Source: Bacteroidota bacterium
Lineage (GTDB): Bacteria > Bacteroidota > Bacteroidia > M30B66
Direction: 5' to 3'
DNA: 64,000 bases
NCBI GenBank assembly: GCA_027490225.1
Contig: JAIXYK010000057.1
Coordinates: 13,015-77,014, forward strand
The notes under the pieces are model-generated. The model did not search any database. It saw nothing but the letters and a program-made list of their open reading frames with translations, and was not told the origin of the DNA. The position numbers and the translations under genes were made by a program. This document shows positions 38,982-48,036 of the stretch, piece after piece. Numbering within the stretch: position 1 is the first letter of the stretch; every line of letters starts with the position of its first letter.

Positions 38982-39862
38982 TTTAAACGATTTGAAGCAT
39001 ATAAAAAAAGTCCATCAGGAGAAATATGAATGTCGGCACTTCCGTATGATTCTTGATTTTCTAAATAGGAAAATATTCTTTGCAAAGAATCAAGATTACC
39101 GTTGTGATAGGAATAAACAGAAATCATTCCGCTAAGCTCTTCAATGTAATATGCAAGCTTATTGTTAGGGTGAAAAGTAAAATGTCTTGGGCCACTTCCT
39201 TGAATTGATTTAACAACGTAATTGTCAAATGGTATCAGAGGTTTTATGTTGGTTGAATTAAATTTGAATACGCGTATTTTATCAGCACCAAGGTCAGGAA
39301 AAAAAATGAAATCGTTGTTTGGTGAAAAAACAGTTGCGTGAATATGTGCTTTGTCTTGTCGTAATTTGTTTATACTGCTGTCGGTAAATTGAATGTTTTG
39401 AACATACGGATTTATACTTCCATCTTTATTTGTTGTAAAAACAGTAACATTTCCTTCTGTTTAATTGGCATTTATAATAAACTTGTTGTTTTTGTGAACC
39501 GTTAAGTATAATGGATTTTCACCACCACTTGGTTGATTGTTAATTAGTGATATTCTTCCGTTTACACTATCAATTTTGAATACTGTAACGCTTCCTTCTT
39601 TAGGCAATTTTGTATCTGTACATGCAAACAAAAAATGTCCGTTTGGTGAAATTGTTAAGAATGATGGATTGGTTAGGTTTTCTGAATTACTGCAAAGTTT
39701 TAACGCTCCTGATTTTGGATTAAACTCATAAATGTAAATACCGAGGTCAGGTTTTCCTTCGGTATATGAACCAACAAATAAGAATGTCTTTGAGTTATTT
39801 TGTGCATTTACTGTAACCAACAAAAGAGTGAAGAAGAGGATTAAAAGTATTTTGTATATCAT
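38891..39862 (-). pseudogene. 6-phosphogluconolactonase (lactonase, 7-bladed beta-propeller) family gene disrupted by an in-frame TAA at 39461-39463 and 3'-truncated
   Basis: Translated by hand codon-by-codon on the minus strand; both ORF-track pieces (39461..39862 and 38891..39127) are in one frame with no other stop between them. N-part GSYTEG..GIYIYEF; C-part SADIHISPDG.FLYASNR. Similarity ends where the gene runs into the 3' end of 31119..38981. Confidence 0.6.
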
Positions 39863-40152
39863 TGATTTGGTTTGAGTTTCAGTTTGGCAGCAAACTTTTG
39901 CATTCTTTTTATTTATAACTAAAATTCATAACTTTAAAATACATTTATAAAAGCTTTAATAAGCATTATTAATGATTTAATTCCCAATTTAAGCGACTTG
40001 CTTATTTTATTAATTAATTTAAAATTTTATTAATTAATAAATTTAAATGCAAGCTGTAGCTTTAAATTTTACAATTTAATTTCCGGATTTTAAATACTTA
40101 AAATTGCGGAAATAAAATCAGTGAAATAAAACTGTTATTATCCAAGAGGATA

Positions 40153-40614
40153 CTATTTTTCACATATTTCTTTTAACTTCTCAAGCGCCTGTGGGTAGAT
40201 TTTGTTCATATAATCTACAAAATCTTCGGTAGTGTCTAAGTCAACTATTACGGTTGTAATTTCGTTATTTTCTTCGAATGTATAATTTTCAAATCCGTTT
40301 GCCCACTTTTCTACTTCAGGCCCTTCAGTTATTTCTAAATCATCTTTAACAAGTCCGTAATGTTGAATTGAAATAAAACGGTTGGGAATGTTTTCAACTA
40401 TCTTTGAAACCATGCCTCCCTTTTCTCCTTTTTCATCAACGCCAATAAATAACATTTTACTTCCGATGTTCCAGCTTCCTTCATAAGTAGATGTTGGGTT
40501 AAACATTGCTGTCCATTGTTCATAAGTTGATTTGTTGCTAATGCCAAGCATTACGTCAAATATCTTGTCCACTGGAGCATTGATGTTTATATTGAATTGT
40601 AATTTTTTCATCAT
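40153..40614 (-). CDS. SRPBCC-superfamily protein (AHSA1/START-like)
   Basis: 153 aa; pattern resembles activator-of-Hsp90-ATPase-homolog/YndB-like proteins. Confidence 0.5.
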   Translation of the reverse strand: MMKKLQFNININAPVDKIFDVMLGISNKSTYEQWTAMFNPTSTYEGSWNIGSKMLFIGVDEKGEKGGMVSKIVENIPNRFISIQHYGLVKDDLEITEGPEVEKWANGFENYTFEENNEITTVIVDLDTTEDFVDYMNKIYPQALEKLKEICEK

Positions 40615-40641
40615 GTTATTTACTTTTTAATCAAATATATG

Positions 40642-41220
40642 CTAATAAATGCAGACTTGTCCTTGTCCAATTGGTAAAACAGATGCAATTACATCTTCAC
40701 TGACTTTTTTGTTGTAAAGTTTTTCGATTGCCCAGCTCACTAAGTCAACTGCTGCAAGGCAACCTGCTGCAGTGCCAATGTTACCATGTGTAACTAAATG
40801 TTTGTCTTCGAGCACTTCAACGCCATAATTTTTCAATGCTTCAAATGCTGTTGGATATGTTGTAGCTGAAAGTCCTGTTAAATGTCCAAGTGCTGCAATT
40901 ATTAAAGCACCGGAACACATTGAACAAATAATTTGTCGGTTAGGGTCAAGCTTAAATCGTTTTAAATAATGTTCATCTTTTATTACGGCTCTTGTGCCTG
41001 GTCCGCTTCCAAAAAACACGAGGTCAGCATCATTGCATTCTTCAATAAGTCCTTGAGTTTTTACGTCAAGTCCGCAAACAGATTTATGCGTTGTTTCTGT
41101 CCCAACAAATTTCACTTGAAATTCTTTTTGACGTAATTTAACTCGGTTAAGTAAATCCCAAGCTAAGAAAATATCAATGTCTGTGAACTTGTCGAATGCT
41201 ACTAATACTGCTTTTTTCAT
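40642..41220 (-). CDS. DJ-1/PfpI family protein
   Basis: Class-I glutamine-amidotransferase-like fold with nucleophile-elbow Cys (ICSMCSGALII). 192 aa. Confidence 0.65.
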   Translation of the reverse strand: MKKAVLVAFDKFTDIDIFLAWDLLNRVKLRQKEFQVKFVGTETTHKSVCGLDVKTQGLIEECNDADLVFFGSGPGTRAVIKDEHYLKRFKLDPNRQIICSMCSGALIIAALGHLTGLSATTYPTAFEALKNYGVEVLEDKHLVTHGNIGTAAGCLAAVDLVSWAIEKLYNKKVSEDVIASVLPIGQGQVCIY

Positions 41221-41364
41221 ATTATTAATTTCTTTATTAGGCCAAAGAAGCCTTCTAACATAAAAATGCTTTTACGAAACCATGAAGCTCAAAACTAGTA
41301 AAATGTTTTTCACTTAACTAAATGTGTTTATTTCGCTTGCAAAGTTTTATTTGCTCCCGCTTTT

Positions 41365-41868
41365 TTAAAGATATTTATATGGTTCTTCGTTAATGGTAAG
41401 TTTTCTAACATTTTCTAAAGCATGTTTCATATATTTTTTCCAGAATGTGTGGGTAAAAATCCAATTTATTGGATAAAGAAATATATTATTTGAATAAAGC
41501 GTGTAGGTGTATTCAATCAAAGTTTTGTTCTTTTCAAGTTCTGTTGTCTGCCACTCGCCAACAAATTTGTAAAAACCTAACATCCAGGCTTGAAATTGGT
41601 TAATTTCAATTTTCCAATACTTGTTTTCGATGCGTTCTACAATATTGTCTACTGAGCCAAATCCACCTTTATGTGTCAACGATTTTGCCACAAAAACTTT
41701 TTTGCTGGAATTGGGTTGTCCCCATTTTTCGTCATCTGTACAATGGGTAATTTTTGGCATTATGCCATATCCAGTATGAACTTTCGTTACATCACAAAGC
41801 ATAGGTGATTTGAATGCTCTTTCCAAAGTACAGTTAAAGGTTGTTGTTATTTTTACTTTCGTTTCCAT
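41365..41868 (-). CDS. hypothetical protein
   Basis: 167-aa ORF with no recognised motif; preceded on its strand by a GC-rich leader. Confidence 0.4.
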   Translation of the reverse strand: METKVKITTTFNCTLERAFKSPMLCDVTKVHTGYGIMPKITHCTDDEKWGQPNSSKKVFVAKSLTHKGGFGSVDNIVERIENKYWKIEINQFQAWMLGFYKFVGEWQTTELEKNKTLIEYTYTLYSNNIFLYPINWIFTHTFWKKYMKHALENVRKLTINEEPYKYL

Positions 41869-42083
41869 TGTTTCTGTTTTAAGTCTTAATTGCTTATTGT
41901 TTTCTGTTTCGTTTTGGGGCTTGACGGCTGTGTTGAATGAAGTTGTACAGCCTGCGCCAGGGATTGAGCGAACTGCCGCCCGACACAGGAGGGAGTAGTA
42001 GCGAAAGCCCGGTTTTCAAAACAATATTGCATTGATTAAATTTAAAAAATAGTTTGTATTGTTTTGGAAAGGCGCCCAAAATA

Positions 42084-43313
42084 TTAATGGATGGCGTCTT
42101 CGGCTTTGTAACTGGCGAGCGACTTTAATGCAACTATTAAAGAAGCCAAAGCGAAGACTGCACCCAGTAAAAATGCGGCGCCGGGAAAGTAAACAATGGC
42201 TTCGGGGCGCGTGAAATAGGCAAATGTATTGGTCATGAGCAATGGACCAATAATAGAAGTGAGGCTTATTAAACTGGTAAGCGCGCCTTGTAATTCGCCT
42301 TGCTCGTTGGGTGGAACTTGTCCAGACATGATACCTTGGAGCGCAGGACCAGAAATACCGCCTAAGCAGTAAGGAACGAGGGCTGCATACATCATCCAGC
42401 CTTTGTAAGCGAAGGCGAAAAAAGCCAAACCTATTACATACAATACCATTCCAATATACACAGAACGTTTAGGGCCGAGTTTGGGATTGATGTAGCGAAT
42501 GAGTCCACCTTGCACGATGGCCACCATTAAACCTACAAAACCGAGTGAGTAACCAACTGCTCTTTCTGACCATGAGAATTGTTCCATGGTGAAGAATGAC
42601 CAGGTGCTTTGCACGGCTTGTCCTGCAAGGTAAATGAGCAAGAGGCAACCTACAAGGCCTGAAATTACCGGGTATTTGCGCAATTGCAAGAGACTTCCAA
42701 TTGGGTTTGCTCGTTTGATGTCGAATTTTCGGCGGTTTTCTTTGGCTAAAGATTCAGGCAAAATAAAATAACCGTAAAGGAAATTTAGAAAGGTAAGTGC
42801 TGCTGCTGCCAAAAAAGGTACACGTGAGCCAAACTGCCCCAGCAAACCGCCAATTACGGGACCAATAATAAATCCTAATCCAAATGCGGCACCTACTAAA
42901 CCAAAGTTTTGTGCTCGGTTTTCGGGTGTGGAAATATCGGCAATGTAAGCTGTGGCTGTTGTAATGCTGGCGCCCATAACACCGGCAATTAGCCGTCCTA
43001 CAAACAACCAGACGATGGTTGGGGCAAAAGCCAGAAATAGATAATCTATGGCAAAACCTAAAAGTGAAATGAGTAAAATAGGCCGGCGCCCGTATTGGTC
43101 GCTGAGGTTTCCTAAAACGGGCGAAAAAAGGAATTGCATGATTGCGAATGAAAATAGGAGCCAGCCTCCATAAGATGATGCTTCACTTAAGGTGCCACCA
43201 GTTAATTCCTGTATGAGTTTTGGAAAAACAGGAATGATAATTCCTAAGCCTGTAATATCTATGATTAATGTGGCGAAAATAAAGCCCATGGCGGGCTTGC
43301 GGTGTTGAGTCAT
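42084..43313 (-). CDS. MFS transporter, TetA/DHA1-like efflux pump
   Basis: 12 predicted TM segments. Motif A-like [15 protein letters not shown]-terminal [10 protein letters not shown]. Confidence 0.8.
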   Translation of the reverse strand: MTQHRKPAMGFIFATLIIDITGLGIIIPVFPKLIQELTGGTLSEASSYGGWLLFSFAIMQFLFSPVLGNLSDQYGRRPILLISLLGFAIDYLFLAFAPTIVWLFVGRLIAGVMGASITTATAYIADISTPENRAQNFGLVGAAFGLGFIIGPVIGGLLGQFGSRVPFLAAAALTFLNFLYGYFILPESLAKENRRKFDIKRANPIGSLLQLRKYPVISGLVGCLLLIYLAGQAVQSTWSFFTMEQFSWSERAVGYSLGFVGLMVAIVQGGLIRYINPKLGPKRSVYIGMVLYVIGLAFFAFAYKGWMMYAALVPYCLGGISGPALQGIMSGQVPPNEQGELQGALTSLISLTSIIGPLLMTNTFAYFTRPEAIVYFPGAAFLLGAVFALASLIVALKSLASYKAEDAIH

Positions 43314-43316
43314 GGG

Positions 43317-43730
43317 TTAATATTCTCTTATTTTTAAGCCTTCTTTTTGCAATTGTTTTAGTTCGAGATTTACGGCTCTAACAGAAATCATGATTTCACG
43401 CAAAGAAAGAATGAGGGAAATCATCATTAAAATAAGTGAGGCTCCAAATAAGATTTTGCCGAGTGTAACTAAATTAAAAAACAATGCAAACATGCATACT
43501 ACGCACATGAGCATGCTGCTGATGCCGAATGCCTGCATGTTGCGAATTAGAATAAGACGGTTTTGCAGGTTTTGAATTTGTGTAATGAGGTTTGCATCAT
43601 GGTCGGTTTCAAATTGCTTTTTTAATCCACGGATTAAGCTAGATAAACCGAGAAAGCGATTGGTAAATGCCAATAACAACAGCGAAATAGCTGGAAACAA
43701 TAATGCAGGTGTGTTTAATGTAATTTCCAT
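43317..43730 (-). CDS. small membrane protein (DUF2721-like)
   Basis: Three TM segments, ~137 aa. Starts 3 nt after the MFS gene on the same strand. Confidence 0.4.
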   Translation of the reverse strand: MEITLNTPALLFPAISLLLLAFTNRFLGLSSLIRGLKKQFETDHDANLITQIQNLQNRLILIRNMQAFGISSMLMCVVCMFALFFNLVTLGKILFGASLILMMISLILSLREIMISVRAVNLELKQLQKEGLKIREY

Positions 43731-43823
43731 AACTATTGTTTTTTACCATATTTGTAAAACATAAAATAACTTAGTGTATTTTTGACACCCTTCATTCTAA
43801 TAATCACTGTAATCAAATAAATT

Positions 43824-46800
43824 ATGTCGCAATTTAGACTTATTAAACCATCCAGCGTTTTTAAATTTTTGTTAATTTTCAACAGCTTTTTATTATTGAG
43901 TTTTAGCGCATCTGCGCAGATTTTTGCTCCAGAAGGAGTAAATATTACAGGTAGTTTTATCGGTTTTCAAAATCCTCCGGTTGATCATTTGGCGTTTGCC
44001 AGTGAAAATCAGGTACCGGGTGGTAAATTTAAATTGATTACTTCAGGAACCCGCAGGTGGCAAACTACTTTTTATTGCGCAGACACTGCTTTGGTTCCTG
44101 CTGCGGATGTACCACAAGGAGATTATGCATTTTTGTTTACTTCAGGACCTTCGAATAATGCGTTTGCAAACAAATGGGCAGGTGTAAACAATGTTGTTAT
44201 GAATACTGTATTGAATTATATTTTCGGTGCAAATACAGACAACAACATATCGCTGGTAAACAATAATTATTACACGGTGAATTTTGAAGATGTTGGATAC
44301 CAGAGCAATCGTGCTATTTTTATGGTTACCAGCAATGCGCCAGTTACAATTGATTCTGTATTTCAATTACCAGCTTCAAATTTGATTGCACCAAATATTC
44401 CAGTAGTAGTGAAAGGTTTGTTAAGTGCAGCCCCATCCTCAGAAGAAAGATTTTACCTGCGTTATTCCACAGATGCTTTTGCCTCAAGTATTACATTGCC
44501 TATGAGTGTCGTGAATGACAGTATTATAGGCACAATTCCTGGATTACCTAATGGAAATACTATTCAGTATTATGTGTTTTCGAGCACTCAGCCTACTGCA
44601 CCTAGTGTTTTACATGATTTATACACTTTGAATTTTAAGAATAACAATGGTTTGAATTTTATTTACAATGTGGCTGGAGCTCCTGTTTTTAATGTGAATT
44701 TAGGACCAGATGCGAATATTTGTCCCGGTGCAACTTTAACGCTTACAACAGACGAAACGTACGATTCTTATTTGTGGAGTACTGGTCAAACAACGGAAAC
44801 AATTCAGATTACGCAACCGGGTCAATATTTTGTAGCTGTTACACAAGGTGTTCAAATAGATAGAGATACGATAAATGTTACAGGAATTGTTCTACCAGAA
44901 TTTTCTTTAGGAAACGATACTTCCGTTTGTGCTTTAGGAGGTTTTGAATTACAATCGGAAATACAAGTTACTCCTGATGGTGATTCTTTGACAATTACTT
45001 ATGATGCCACATTAGGACAAAGCGGATTGGTTGGAGCAAGTAAAGTGTACTTTCATTCTTCATTCGAATATGCGCCGTTTGGAGGTCCAGTTACACCGTT
45101 TATTGGCAACTGGGGACAAGATGATGGAGTAGGGGAAATGACATCAATTGGAAACAATAAATGGAGAATTACCATTCAGCCACAAACGTATTATGGATAT
45201 AATCCTGGATTGTATGTGAATGGATTGTTTATGGTTTTTCGCAATGCTGATGGTACACAAACAGGAAAAGATAACAATGGCAATGATATATTTTTGGGAT
45301 TGTCAGGTCCATCGCCTGTTTCAGCTTTTGCAGGCGTTACAGCCACAAGAGATGAGAGTATCTATACAGATATAGTTTGGAATACAGAAGAAACATCGAG
45401 CAGTATTATTATTGAAAATTCAGGAACGTATTCAGCGACAGTGACCATTGCTGGCGGCTGTCAAATTTCTGATACCATTCAGGTTACTTTGTTACCTGCG
45501 CCAGCATTAGATTTACCTTCAAATATTAGCACCTGTGTGTTACCTGTTAACAATGTGATTGATGCGGGAGCAGGATTTGCAGCTTACAATTGGTCTACAG
45601 GAGCAACAACACAAACAATTGTTGTAGATACTGCCGGAACTTATTCTGTAGAAGTTACGGCTGCCAATGGTTGTAAAGCAGAAGATTCAACAGTTGTGGT
45701 AGTTGGCACTCCATTTACGTTTAGTTTAGGAAACGACACAACCGTTTGTGGAGTTGGTCCATTGGTAATTGCACCAAATGTTGGATTGTTTTTTAATGGA
45801 GATTCATTAACCATTCGCTATGATGCTACCAAAGGATTGGGAGATTTAGAAAATGTTGAGAAAGTTTATATACATTCAGGAATTTCAGTTTCTGTAAATG
45901 GCCCATGGACATATGTTGCAGGCAATTGGGGACAAGATGATGGTTGGGGAGAGATGACAGAAGTTTCGCCTAATATTTGGGAAATTACTATCAATCCAAC
46001 TTCACATTACAATTTGCCACCAGCAATGACCTATGCTGGAATCTGGATGGTATTTAGAAATGCAGATGGAACAGTTACCGGTAAGGATGATGCTGGATTG
46101 GATATTTACTTAAACACTTCAATTACACCTGCATTTAATTCTACGTTTGATGGTATTGAAGCTTCTTACACGCCTGGACCTTACCAATCTATTATTTGGT
46201 CAACAGGAGCAACATCTCAAAGTATTTCTGTGAATGCTTCAGGAACATATTCGGCAACAATAAGCAACGGAAGCTGCTCTGCAACAGATGAGATTACAAT
46301 CGACTTTTTACCAGCGCCAGCATTAACAGTTTCTAATGATACATCATTTTGTGGGGCCATTCAAAACTTACCAATAGCAGCAAGTGCAGGATTTGATGAA
46401 TATTTATGGAGCAATGGTGCTACAACTGCTTCTATTTTAGTAAATGCGCCGGGTACATATGAAGTAATAGCATCAATGAGCAACGGTTGCAGTTTTACAG
46501 ATTCTGTTGTTGTAAGAAACAATGTATTGGCAAGTTCAGTGGCATTAGGACCAGATAGAACAATTTGTGGAACACAGGTTTTAGAAATTGGTCCATCGGT
46601 TTCTGTAACATCTGCGGGAGATTCTATCACAATTGTGTATGATGCTACAAAAGGAGTTGGAGATTTAGAAGGGGCTAATAAAGTATACTTTCATTCTACT
46701 TACGAATTGGTGCCATTTGGAGGTCCGGTATCGCCTTGGGTAGGAAATTGGGGACTTGATGATGGAATTGGAGAAATGACAGAAATTGAAAATGACATTT

Positions 46801-47852
46801 GGAGCATTACGATCAATCCTTATACTTACTATGATTTACCATTAGGTACTAATTTGAATGGTTTGTTTATGGTGTTTAGAAATGCCAATGGAACATTAAC
46901 TGGAAAAGACGATGCAAATAATGATATCTTCTTAAATTTATCTGTAAATCCGCCAACTTCAGCATTCGATGGAATTACTGCAACGGCAGATTTTTCACCA
47001 TTTGAAGGCATATTGTGGTCGAATGGTGAAACTACACAAACCATTGCTGTAAATACACCTGGAACATACAGCATGATTGTATATGGAGCTGAAGGATGTA
47101 ATGTTTACGATACCATTCAGGTAAATTCTTCACCTTCGCCGTTTGTGAATTTGGGGCCAAATAGATTTATTTGTCCAGGAACGCCTTCAATAACTTTAAA
47201 TGCTGGAGCAGGATTTTCTAGCTACACATGGTCTACCGATGATACAACGCAAACATTAACGGTAAGTGAAGCCGGCGTATACATAATTGCAGTTACAAAT
47301 GTTGCAGGTTGCGTGGGTACAGACCAACTTACCGTAACTCTTCCCGGTGCAGCAAATGCACAGTTTACCGCCTTAGAAGGCAATGGCTTGCAAGTTACAT
47401 TTACAAATACATCAACTGGAACAGATACTTATGCTTGGGATTATGATGGAAATGGTACAACCGACAATAGTTCTGCAAATCCTACAACTACATTTACTTA
47501 TCCCGCAGTAGGAACTTACCCGGCAAGATTAATTGCTACAGGTTTGTGCGGAACAGATACATTTACATTGCAAGTTTCAGTAATTGGAGTTTCAACAGGC
47601 GAAGAAATTACACAAAGCAGTTGGGCTATTTATCCAAATCCTGCCAATGAATTGTTGAATATGAGTTTGCCTCAACTATTTAATGGAACAAGTAATATTG
47701 AAATTTATAATGAAATGGGTGCTTTGTTAAGAAAAGAAAGTACCAGCGATAAGATGCAAGTAATAAACGTTTCTGAATTTAGTTCAGGAATTTATATCGT
47801 ACGGGTAACAAATGGCAATACTGTTTATAACAAGCGATTTATAAAACAATAA
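43824..47852 (+). CDS. large T9SS type-A cargo protein with three copies of a ~110-aa GNWGQDDG.GEMT module, Ig-like modules and a PKD domain
   Basis: Signal peptide. Three modules (TI.YDAT.G...L.G..KVY.HS......GP.....GNWG.DDG.GEMT......W.ITI.P...Y.......NG..MVFRNA.GT.TGKD..G.DI.L). YxWSxGxTT Ig-like modules. PKD segment. CTD AIYPNPANELLNMSL...GIYIVRVTNG. Confidence 0.7.
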   Translation: MSQFRLIKPSSVFKFLLIFNSFLLLSFSASAQIFAPEGVNITGSFIGFQNPPVDHLAFASENQVPGGKFKLITSGTRRWQTTFYCADTALVPAADVPQGDYAFLFTSGPSNNAFANKWAGVNNVVMNTVLNYIFGANTDNNISLVNNNYYTVNFEDVGYQSNRAIFMVTSNAPVTIDSVFQLPASNLIAPNIPVVVKGLLSAAPSSEERFYLRYSTDAFASSITLPMSVVNDSIIGTIPGLPNGNTIQYYVFSSTQPTAPSVLHDLYTLNFKNNNGLNFIYNVAGAPVFNVNLGPDANICPGATLTLTTDETYDSYLWSTGQTTETIQITQPGQYFVAVTQGVQIDRDTINVTGIVLPEFSLGNDTSVCALGGFELQSEIQVTPDGDSLTITYDATLGQSGLVGASKVYFHSSFEYAPFGGPVTPFIGNWGQDDGVGEMTSIGNNKWRITIQPQTYYGYNPGLYVNGLFMVFRNADGTQTGKDNNGNDIFLGLSGPSPVSAFAGVTATRDESIYTDIVWNTEETSSSIIIENSGTYSATVTIAGGCQISDTIQVTLLPAPALDLPSNISTCVLPVNNVIDAGAGFAAYNWSTGATTQTIVVDTAGTYSVEVTAANGCKAEDSTVVVVGTPFTFSLGNDTTVCGVGPLVIAPNVGLFFNGDSLTIRYDATKGLGDLENVEKVYIHSGISVSVNGPWTYVAGNWGQDDGWGEMTEVSPNIWEITINPTSHYNLPPAMTYAGIWMVFRNADGTVTGKDDAGLDIYLNTSITPAFNSTFDGIEASYTPGPYQSIIWSTGATSQSISVNASGTYSATISNGSCSATDEITIDFLPAPALTVSNDTSFCGAIQNLPIAASAGFDEYLWSNGATTASILVNAPGTYEVIASMSNGCSFTDSVVVRNNVLASSVALGPDRTICGTQVLEIGPSVSVTSAGDSITIVYDATKGVGDLEGANKVYFHSTYELVPFGGPVSPWVGNWGLDDGIGEMTEIENDIWSITINPYTYYDLPLGTNLNGLFMVFRNANGTLTGKDDANNDIFLNLSVNPPTSAFDGITATADFSPFEGILWSNGETTQTIAVNTPGTYSMIVYGAEGCNVYDTIQVNSSPSPFVNLGPNRFICPGTPSITLNAGAGFSSYTWSTDDTTQTLTVSEAGVYIIAVTNVAGCVGTDQLTVTLPGAANAQFTALEGNGLQVTFTNTSTGTDTYAWDYDGNGTTDNSSANPTTTFTYPAVGTYPARLIATGLCGTDTFTLQVSVIGVSTGEEITQSSWAIYPNPANELLNMSLPQLFNGTSNIEIYNEMGALLRKESTSDKMQVINVSEFSSGIYIVRVTNGNTVYNKRFIKQ
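44978..46940 (+). repeat. three dispersed ~320-nt internal repeats (period ~820 nt) encoding the GNWGQDDG module
   Basis: Copies at approx 44978-45300, 45808-46130 and 46618-46940, with near-identical protein motifs. Confidence 0.65.
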
Positions 47853-48036
47853 TTGAATAATGAATAATGGATAATGAATAATGAAAAAGGGTAATTAATA
47901 ATGTAAAGCAATCAATTATTAATTTTTAATTGTTAATTAAAGAGGGTGTTGCCTTTTTTGATGTAAGAAATGACGTAATAAGAAAGTAACAATTTAAGCT
48001 GTTTGGGCTATAAGTGTGTGTTCTTAAAACCCATGA

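Noticed and set aside
38891-39127. 78-aa ORF on the minus strand overlapping the 3' end of the giant adhesin gene
   Set aside because: Not an independent gene. It is the in-frame continuation of the disrupted lactonase-family pseudogene and has been merged into it.
41810-42079. ORFs 41810..41998 (+) and 41894..42079 (-) across the GC-rich intergenic island
   Set aside because: Arg/Pro/Ala-rich translations of a GC-rich non-coding element, with no start context and overlap on opposite strands. I also checked the island for tRNA features (T-loop GTTCRANYC, acceptor pairing) and found none.
47853-47895. Short (aataatg)n microsatellite after the 43824..47852 stop
   Set aside because: Only ~4 imperfect units in an AT-rich spacer; no evidence of function.
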